Source of the DNA: a virus
Taxonomy: Duplodnaviria > Caudoviricetes
Direction: 5' to 3' (one strand)
Virus record (IMG/VR): IMGVR_UViG_3300033067_000868
Location: 1-35,025 of that record
DNA length: 35,025 bases
The notes below the pieces were generated by a model, which was not told the DNA's origin, ran no database searches, and saw only the letters and a program-made list of their open reading frames with translations. This document shows, piece by piece, positions 27,962 to 35,025 of the stretch (within the stretch, counting starts at the first letter, position 1; every line of letters starts with the position of its first letter). Position numbers and translations under genes: made by a program.

Positions 27962-30900
27962 AAACTACAGTTTAATTGAATTTTACCCTCCTCAGCTAAT
28001 TTAGCTGTCATTTCTCTTTGTGCACTATTCATCCAAGAATAATCTGGAAAATATGAATCCCAGTTTTCAACTATCTCTTTTTGAAATTCCGATAGAGATA
28101 CTTTCTTTTCTTTAGACACTTCTGAAAGATTTTTATTTAATACTTGTTCACTCGCTCTAACAACTTCTGCAAGAACTGAATCAGATTTTAATTCAACGCT
28201 TAAAAGGTTGTTGATAAAGTCAGAAATTAAGGTCATCAAATATGTCCACACAGTTTCTTTTCCATAAGAGATATTATTTAATTCTTCCATGAAGTCTGGA
28301 TTGGCAAGTGCTTCAGCAAGAAATTCTTCAACTCTTGAATAACCATATAATTTATTATTGCGACTATTTGCTACTGCATAATCGTATAGTTTATTAATTT
28401 CTTTTTGAAAATCTCCACCTTTCTCATACTCATTTTGCAAAGTTCTATGAACAAGTTCATGAACAATCGTTGTTAATTTAACTCTAGAATCCCCCGCATT
28501 AATAATATTGAAATTCTTAGATCTAATACTTATACCTGCTGGCCAATTAGTCCAAACTTCACCATAATAATCATACACATCTGCAGGCAAATGTTCCCGG
28601 AGTGATTTACTCATATCTTTGGTGAACTCTGTTTTTACTTCAGGATTCATCTTTAACAACATTGGAACTAAATATCTATAATACTCAGATTCACCAATAA
28701 ATGGAAGAATTTCGTCTCCAGTGTATAATTGATTTAACTGAATAAATCCTTCATACATTTTAAGAGAGGGAGAATAATTAGATTGAGATTGATCTAATTC
28801 AAATAAAGAACCTTGAACACCTCTTTCATTCTTATTAACAGAAATATCCTTTAAACCTTGAACCAAACTATTTTTTACAAACTCTTCAATTCCAGGCTGA
28901 GAGGTTTCTCTATGTCCTGCAATATTTAGAGTGTTGATATTATATTTCTGAACAAAGTTTTTAATCTGCACAGATGCCTCGAATTCATCTTTAGTTGTAA
29001 TAACTAAAACTGGCCTAATTGGATTACCTTTAAAGTTTTGAACTTGATTCACCCATTTACCTGTTTGCGCATAACCAATAGTTTTAGAAGTTCCAACACT
29101 AGATCCCCACATAAAGGCAATAGTTCCGTCAGAGTTATCTACATTCTTCATAGTCCTAGAAGGATAATCAGCAGAATCATCTTCTGCTAATCCAAAGTTT
29201 ACTAAATCTGGATTAGATCCTCTAATAGATCTTTTATCTGTATAATCAACTTTAAATCCTTTTGGAGCAGTTCCACCTGTTTCTAATCCTAATTCTTTGG
29301 CTGCAAGTAATCCTCCAAAATCTCCACCGTATTGTCCGCCAGATATAATTTTAAGTTTGGTGCTTTTTTCAGCTCCATCAATATCTTCTTGAGTTATTCT
29401 ATCTCTAGGATCATATTCTCTTGGAAGGATTACGTTATTAGGAATAAACTTTTCTAACTTTTGAAATAAACCAGCTATATCTTCTTGTGAATAACCCGCT
29501 AAAGAACTTCCAAGTTTGGTTACTAGAAAAGTTTTATCAGGATGCTCTTTTGCAAATAATATCATATCTTGTAAACCCTTACCTATTTGTGTAAGAGGTA
29601 TAGATTTTACCTGTTCATTGACAGGCTTAGTTAAGTCTTTGGTAATTATTGCATAAGATTGACCCTGTAAACCTTCAGCTTGGCCGTATTTAGCGCCAAA
29701 ACTCATTGCTAGTTTAGCTGCACCTTTACCATGTCTACCTTGAGTATTACTTCCAAAAACAAATATTTCGTTTGGTTTTAGTTCGGTGATATTTTCAGGG
29801 GTAAAAATGTAATTTCCTTTAGTATTTGGAAATTCAAAATCTGGTTTTATTAATGAATTTATACGTTTTTTTTCTAACAACATACTCCTAACTTCCATTA
29901 GAATCCTAGGAAATTCTTCGCCCCATATTCCTTTTTCTTGAACATGTGTTAATTTTAAATTATCTGTTGCAAATAATAATTCTAAAGCATCTTTGTTTTG
30001 CTCAAAGGATAACATAATTAAATCTCTCATAAGATCTAAATTCCAATTATTATCGGTTTTAGTGCCTAAGAGTCCTGGAATTCTAACTCCTCCGGACTTA
30101 TATTTTTCATAAGTTATAAATTCAAATTTACCCGACTTCCATGTTTGATATGCATGTTCAACAGAAAAATATTTCTTCCCCGCATAAAAGAAAGGTCGAG
30201 TTGCTAAATTAGATAATTCTCTATTTTCATTAGCTTCATCGTAAACATTTATTTTCTCCCCTTTTTCACCTTCTCCTAAAGCTAAAACTTCATCTTTTAC
30301 TTCTTCATAAGGAGTAAATGGAATTTCATCATCAAGTACAACATTTAAGTTCTCTTTTTGTTCAGATTGCTTAGGTTTAGTATTAAATAAATTAGAATTA
30401 ATAAGTTCTTCAAAATACTGTTTGTGATAAGCATCTCCAAGTTGTGACTGAGATTCATTACCTTTTGCTGGTCTAAGAATTATAAATTTAGATCCACGAT
30501 CATACACCTTGGCTAAAGGATAGGGATATTTATCTGTAAATAAATAGTGACTATGTTTCTTTAAGAACTGAGGATTGTTAGCTGCAAATAATGTGACAAA
30601 AGTCTCGAATTCTTTTTCATAATCTAATGATCGATCAGCATTCATTTTGGTAATAGCTTCTTTCAAAATATCTTGGTAAAGATATTCATAATCATTAAAC
30701 TCATTTCTTACAGAGTTTAATCCAACTGGAATAACGGATCTATAATTAAATGGACTGATGTTCAATCCAGATTGAAACATTAATAGTTTAACAATATCGT
30801 GGTAAAGATCTATATCTGTATCTGCAATTTCTTCCAGACTTAACCTTAAATCATTACTATCTAAACTGTTTAATTCTTTCTCAAACAGTCTTAAGTTATC

Positions 30901-33900
30901 AATCTTCCTATCATCTGTTCTGTCAACTGTGTTAGCTAACATTGGAAAGAAAGCTTTGAGTACCAAATTAGATGGCAGTTTTGTTTTTAGCTTCCTAACT
31001 CTTTTTGCAACAGAATCTCCTTTTGTTAATCTATCAAATTCAGATTTGTTTAAGACATACTTATGAACTAAAAATAACATAAAGTCATTTTCAATAGTTT
31101 GCCTAACTCGATCCTTATTAGCAGAATTTGTAATGGCTGCAGCTTTATTCTTAAACTCAAATAATGCATTACCGAACCTTGACTGAGCTAAAGCAAAGAA
31201 CCTATTGTAAATGCTATATCTTCTTCTACCAAAATTATAGAATGGAGCAATTACACCATTGGTGTTAAGCCTATCAAAATCTATAGGTTTAATGATTTCA
31301 GAAAATTCAGCTCTTGCAGATACAACATTTGCCTCATCTAACATTTGTTTGTCTTTCAAACCTTTAGTATCAGAATTCTGTGTTTGCTGGAAATCAGAAA
31401 ATGATCTAGCTTGAGATTGAAGTTGAATAAAGTATGCAAGATAATTCAGTTGATTTTCATCAAACTTTCCAGACTTAGCATTAGCTAACATTTCTCTATC
31501 TGAAATCTCAAACTGCGGCTGTCCCTCTTTTACTTCATAAACATCTGGAAGATCTTCTTTGGGATTTTTATAGCCTAAATCCGATTTAAGTTTAATAAGC
31601 AATTCCTTTTTACTAAGCTCAGTATCTGCTTGCTTATTGAACAAACTTTCATTTTGTCTTTGGTATTGAAGATACTTTGCAATGATAGGTTGTTGTAAGA
31701 ATAATACAATTGACTTAGGATTAATCTTTCTTCTAATCAGATAAAGCATTACTCCCAAAGTCTGCATGTTAATATTCATAAGAACTGCAGTTGGGTTCTT
31801 AACATTATCCACCTGTGTGGTTAACAGTTGTGATAAGATTTCAGAAATAACTGTTCCTTTGTTATCTGTATAATTATCAAGGGTATATACATCGCCCATA
31901 TATTTAAACAGAAGTTTTGTAGGAACTCTTACACCATCATTGTTAATGAAAGTATCATTAATCGATAATTCATCAGCTTGGTTAGTGGATGCATTAGTAA
32001 TACCTAATGCTACTGGACCTACACCATATTTACCCTTTACGAAGATTGTAGTATTCTTAACATTGGTTGATGGAAGAATAGCTCCAGTAAATGATTTACT
32101 AGGCTCTTTAATTAATCCTTCCTGTTTAAGATCATCATAGATGTCTTTAACAAAGATTTCATCTGTTAAGGGCATTAATAATTGGTGAGCATTTCTCGGG
32201 TGTAACAAAATCTGTTTTTCAAGATCTAGTAAAATTCTATCCAGCGAGGATCCATAGTTAACTTTAAATTCTTCAAAACTAAGAGGATTTTCATCTTCAC
32301 TGTTATCAAGATAATTACCGTATAAATCTTCAAGATCTTCTTCAGATACTCCATTAAAGATTTTATCTTGAGTATCTGCTGCCCAGTACATGCTCAGTTT
32401 ATCAATGTCAAAGTCACCACCTGTTTTAATAACCATCTCTGATGGAATAATAATATAGCTTTGCATTGTAGGTAAATTAAATTTCTTTACCTGGAATATA
32501 TCATTAGAACTTAATTGCTGATTAGGAATACGCAATCCTTTAAACTGAAACAGCTCTGGCCTATTCTCAATATCTGCATTTAATTTCTCAATTGCTTTTA
32601 CTAAGTTATTAGTTTTAGCCCATCTCAACAAAGGTTTAATCCAATAATCTGGCAAAGGCATAATAACTTCTGCAGGCTCAACCTTAATCACATTTCCATC
32701 GTTGTCAAATACAGGATTGTAAAACTTGAGAGTATCTTGGTTAGTTATTTGCAAGCCATTTTCATCAAATTTCCTGGATCCTATTTTCTCATAACCAGTT
32801 ACTGAAGCTTGAGGATACGCATTACCCGGTCTATCAAAACTAATAATACCATTTGTAATAAGTGCATAGAGTACATTCTCAATTTTATTTTTCATTGGAA
32901 TGGCTTCTAAACCTAAATCAACATCTTCAAAAAAGTTTTGTACTGCATTTCTCACATTATCTGGAGCAGTTTCCATTTGGCTGGATTCTAAAATTGCTTT
33001 CTTTAGGTTATCCAAAGAAGTAAATTCATAATTCTCCAGGTCAAATCCAATCTTCTTAAGTAAGTTGTCATGATTGGTTTTCACCATCTCATGTACAACT
33101 TCTTTATATGACTGAATTATTTGTCTAGCACCTTCAAATCTTTCATTACCGTTTGTAACCAAGTTAGAAAGTAAGATTTTAAGAGACTGAGTAGAACCTT
33201 TAATCTCGTCTTTAACTTTGTTTCCAATTTGTACTTGGTTTTTTAAATCATCCCAAGGACTTAAATAGGATAATATGTCCAAGTTTTCAGTTAAAGCCAA
33301 ATCGTTAAAATATCCCTCCTTATCATAGAAATCTAATCCTCTTTCCGCAAGATCAGATAAGTGAGTGCGACTATTACGAATATCGTCATTATTATTTATA
33401 ATATTTTTTGCAGCCAATTTTGCATCTACTGCACCAACTTTATTTGCAGAACCCATGTGATATATATCCACACCATTCTGCAATAAACTGGAATTCATTA
33501 ACTGCAGGTTTGTACCTAAAATTGCAGAAGGTAAAAGTAAGTGCTGAGATGTTTTAAAAATTGTATTGAACACATATTCCATCTCTCCTTTAGATTTATC
33601 ATAGTATTCTTCAGGAGTTGAGTACCCACCAAATTGAGTTTTTAATGTATGAACTGCATCTGTTTGAATAAGCTTTCCATCTACAACTCTTTTCTTCCAG
33701 CCATCAATCTTTTTACCTTTATATTCACCTTTCTTTATTTCAAAAGGTTTAAACGTAACTCCTTCAACAGTAATCTCAAGATTAGCAATATCATCCATGT
33801 TGGACATAGATGCAATCTTCATCTCTGTTTGGTAAACAACTTCCATTCCAGAAGTCCATTTACCTTGGCGAATCATAAACTTTTTAAATGCGGGAAGTAC

Positions 33901-35025
33901 CATATAACTGATACCATCATTCTCATTTACTTTTCTATAATTCTCTTCATATAATTTAAACTTAGGTTCATAGATCTTCTTAAGTTCCTCTAAAGATTTA
34001 TCTTGGAAATCTTTTAAGAAGTTGCTTTCAAAAAGCATGAAAAGTTTAGATTCTTGATTGCCGGTTAACTTAGATACTAATGGAGTTCCATCTACTGATG
34101 TAGCAAGATCCGTCAAATGAGATCTGTAATTATCTCTTTCTGCACCAGTTACCGCTCTAAAATATCCATCCTTATTTAATCCAATTTTATCTTTTGGATT
34201 AACCACAAACTTTTTTCCAGTTCTTGGATCTAAGATCTCAAAATCCTGATCAATTCGCTGACGAATATATTCATTTGTAACTTCATCATTTACTGACAAG
34301 TTACCAGTAGAACTTTGAGGAGCTAATCTTTTAAATAAGTCTGTACCAGACTTAAAAGATCTTACATCTCCGGAAAAAAATCTAGCCTCAAATAAATGAC
34401 TAGATGTTTCATTCACAAATGCTGCTGCAAGTAGAGTATCCAAGTTACCATAATCAATGCGTAATTTATCATTAATACCTTTTAACCTTTTAACCTGTCC
34501 AGATCTTTTACCATCTTTATAAATTGGAGCAGTATATTCTTCTAACAATCCATAAGATTGAACATCTGCTTTATACTCACCAAATTTATTCTGTACAAAC
34601 TCTGCAACCTTTCTTCTATCAAACTTTCCAGTTTCTAAGTATTCTTTCCACCCATCTTTTACAATATCTTGAAAGAATGCACCGGGACTGTCTTTTCCAA
34701 TATATTGAACTGGAACATTATCGGCTTGCATATTGAGCGCAAACTTTCTTTCTAATTCAATTTGCTCTACTAGGTTATCCTCAAGAATATTTAATGTATC
34801 TGCGACATTTCCTTCTTTAAGATAAAGAGGTTTATTACCAAAAGTATATGCAAAGAAGGTACTTCTATCCGCATGTTTCATACTTAAGTTAACTCCTTGT
34901 AATGCTCCATTTAAGTGCATTGCCATTAAATCAGCTTCATCCAATTTGGCAATTTCAGAATCTTCTCCAGATTCAGTATCTGCCATATAAGGAATAATCA
35001 AATCTAATTTTTCACCATTAAGAAT
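27958..35025 (-). CDS. Giant virion RNA polymerase (crAss-like), 5'-partial, with C-terminal NADAR, macro-like, SLOG and zincin domains
   Basis: GGDFDIDK catalytic loop (32401-32415), RIPNQQLSS, QVDNVKNP; the frame stays open to the window edge. Confidence 0.9.
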   Translation of the reverse strand: MLNGEKLDLIIPYMADTESGEDSEIAKLDEADLMAMHLNGALQGVNLSMKHADRSTFFAYTFGNKPLYLKEGNVADTLNILEDNLVEQIELERKFALNMQADNVPVQYIGKDSPGAFFQDIVKDGWKEYLETGKFDRRKVAEFVQNKFGEYKADVQSYGLLEEYTAPIYKDGKRSGQVKRLKGINDKLRIDYGNLDTLLAAAFVNETSSHLFEARFFSGDVRSFKSGTDLFKRLAPQSSTGNLSVNDEVTNEYIRQRIDQDFEILDPRTGKKFVVNPKDKIGLNKDGYFRAVTGAERDNYRSHLTDLATSVDGTPLVSKLTGNQESKLFMLFESNFLKDFQDKSLEELKKIYEPKFKLYEENYRKVNENDGISYMVLPAFKKFMIRQGKWTSGMEVVYQTEMKIASMSNMDDIANLEITVEGVTFKPFEIKKGEYKGKKIDGWKKRVVDGKLIQTDAVHTLKTQFGGYSTPEEYYDKSKGEMEYVFNTIFKTSQHLLLPSAILGTNLQLMNSSLLQNGVDIYHMGSANKVGAVDAKLAAKNIINNNDDIRNSRTHLSDLAERGLDFYDKEGYFNDLALTENLDILSYLSPWDDLKNQVQIGNKVKDEIKGSTQSLKILLSNLVTNGNERFEGARQIIQSYKEVVHEMVKTNHDNLLKKIGFDLENYEFTSLDNLKKAILESSQMETAPDNVRNAVQNFFEDVDLGLEAIPMKNKIENVLYALITNGIISFDRPGNAYPQASVTGYEKIGSRKFDENGLQITNQDTLKFYNPVFDNDGNVIKVEPAEVIMPLPDYWIKPLLRWAKTNNLVKAIEKLNADIENRPELFQFKGLRIPNQQLSSNDIFQVKKFNLPTMQSYIIIPSEMVIKTGGDFDIDKLSMYWAADTQDKIFNGVSEEDLEDLYGNYLDNSEDENPLSFEEFKVNYGSSLDRILLDLEKQILLHPRNAHQLLMPLTDEIFVKDIYDDLKQEGLIKEPSKSFTGAILPSTNVKNTTIFVKGKYGVGPVALGITNASTNQADELSINDTFINNDGVRVPTKLLFKYMGDVYTLDNYTDNKGTVISEILSQLLTTQVDNVKNPTAVLMNINMQTLGVMLYLIRRKINPKSIVLFLQQPIIAKYLQYQRQNESLFNKQADTELSKKELLIKLKSDLGYKNPKEDLPDVYEVKEGQPQFEISDREMLANAKSGKFDENQLNYLAYFIQLQSQARSFSDFQQTQNSDTKGLKDKQMLDEANVVSARAEFSEIIKPIDFDRLNTNGVIAPFYNFGRRRYSIYNRFFALAQSRFGNALFEFKNKAAAITNSANKDRVRQTIENDFMLFLVHKYVLNKSEFDRLTKGDSVAKRVRKLKTKLPSNLVLKAFFPMLANTVDRTDDRKIDNLRLFEKELNSLDSNDLRLSLEEIADTDIDLYHDIVKLLMFQSGLNISPFNYRSVIPVGLNSVRNEFNDYEYLYQDILKEAITKMNADRSLDYEKEFETFVTLFAANNPQFLKKHSHYLFTDKYPYPLAKVYDRGSKFIILRPAKGNESQSQLGDAYHKQYFEELINSNLFNTKPKQSEQKENLNVVLDDEIPFTPYEEVKDEVLALGEGEKGEKINVYDEANENRELSNLATRPFFYAGKKYFSVEHAYQTWKSGKFEFITYEKYKSGGVRIPGLLGTKTDNNWNLDLMRDLIMLSFEQNKDALELLFATDNLKLTHVQEKGIWGEEFPRILMEVRSMLLEKKRINSLIKPDFEFPNTKGNYIFTPENITELKPNEIFVFGSNTQGRHGKGAAKLAMSFGAKYGQAEGLQGQSYAIITKDLTKPVNEQVKSIPLTQIGKGLQDMILFAKEHPDKTFLVTKLGSSLAGYSQEDIAGLFQKLEKFIPNNVILPREYDPRDRITQEDIDGAEKSTKLKIISGGQYGGDFGGLLAAKELGLETGGTAPKGFKVDYTDKRSIRGSNPDLVNFGLAEDDSADYPSRTMKNVDNSDGTIAFMWGSSVGTSKTIGYAQTGKWVNQVQNFKGNPIRPVLVITTKDEFEASVQIKNFVQKYNINTLNIAGHRETSQPGIEEFVKNSLVQGLKDISVNKNERGVQGSLFELDQSQSNYSPSLKMYEGFIQLNQLYTGDEILPFIGESEYYRYLVPMLLKMNPEVKTEFTKDMSKSLREHLPADVYDYYGEVWTNWPAGISIRSKNFNIINAGDSRVKLTTIVHELVHRTLQNEYEKGGDFQKEINKLYDYAVANSRNNKLYGYSRVEEFLAEALANPDFMEELNNISYGKETVWTYLMTLISDFINNLLSVELKSDSVLAEVVRASEQVLNKNLSEVSKEKKVSLSEFQKEIVENWDSYFPDYSWMNSAQREMTAKLAEEGKIQLNCSL
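28150..28700 (-). other. Zincin-like metallopeptidase domain within the RNAP ORF
   Basis: HELVH (28447-28461) and downstream EEFLAEALANPDF. Confidence 0.75.
28850..29356 (-). other. SLOG superfamily ('molybdenum carrier'/YspA-like) domain within the RNAP ORF
   Basis: KIISGGQYGGD..GL.AA...G..TGGTAPKG, RTMKNVDNSDGT, LNIAGHRE. Confidence 0.8.
29410..29810 (-). other. Macro-like (A1S_2505-type) domain within the RNAP ORF
   Basis: TPENITELKPNEIFVFGSNTQGRHGKGAA...FGAKYG...GQSYAI...FLVTKLGSSLAGY; boundaries approximate. Confidence 0.7.
29870..30250 (-). other. NADAR (YbiA-like) domain within the RNAP ORF
   Basis: LSNLATRPF...YFSVEHAYQTWK...MRDLIMLSFEQN...LFAT...W...RILMEVR; boundaries approximate. 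Confidence 0.8.

Noticed and set aside
31940-34736. Plus-strand ORFs inside the RNAP gene (31940, 33649, 34524)
   Set aside because: Antisense shadows of the polymerase ORF
1-35025. Stop-codon reassignment (TAG or TGA), known in some crAss-like phages
   Set aside because: Long genes are intact in the standard code, and TAG/TGA stops (e.g. 12632, 21988, 17809) coincide with natural gene ends
1-35025. tRNA genes, CRISPR arrays, integrase or DGR elements
   Set aside because: None recognised by eye; intergenic gaps are too short and no regularly spaced repeats or reverse transcriptase were seen

Overview
AT-rich, gene-dense fragment of a crAss-like (Crassvirales-related, probably Bacteroidota-infecting) dsDNA phage read with the standard genetic code. 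Bases 1-23.9 kb are a co-directional + strand replication and nucleotide-metabolism arm. It encodes a family B DNA polymerase, an RNA ligase, a DnaB-like helicase split by an ORF-less group I intron (6265-6590), a vWA/metallopeptidase with a MoxR-like AAA+ ATPase, an AAA_24 ATPase, an SSB-like protein, primase, UDG, a resolvase, dUTPase, DUF5664 and an ATP-dependent DNA ligase. It ends in an accessory cluster: a WGR-PARP ADP-ribosyltransferase, an HNH endonuclease inserted with a duplicated PARP 3' end, a truncated phosphoesterase and a miniature kinase-like protein. A 16-bp hairpin terminator at ~23.9 kb separates this arm from two convergent giant - strand genes: a 1334-aa cargo-type protein with a PD-(D/E)xK domain and a partial virion RNA polymerase (DFDID). 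The polymerase C-terminus carries NADAR, macro-like, SLOG and zincin domains. The most notable feature is the co-occurrence of an ADP-ribose writer (PARP) with candidate erasers fused to the putatively ejected RNAP. All family calls come from motif recognition by eye; no searches were run.
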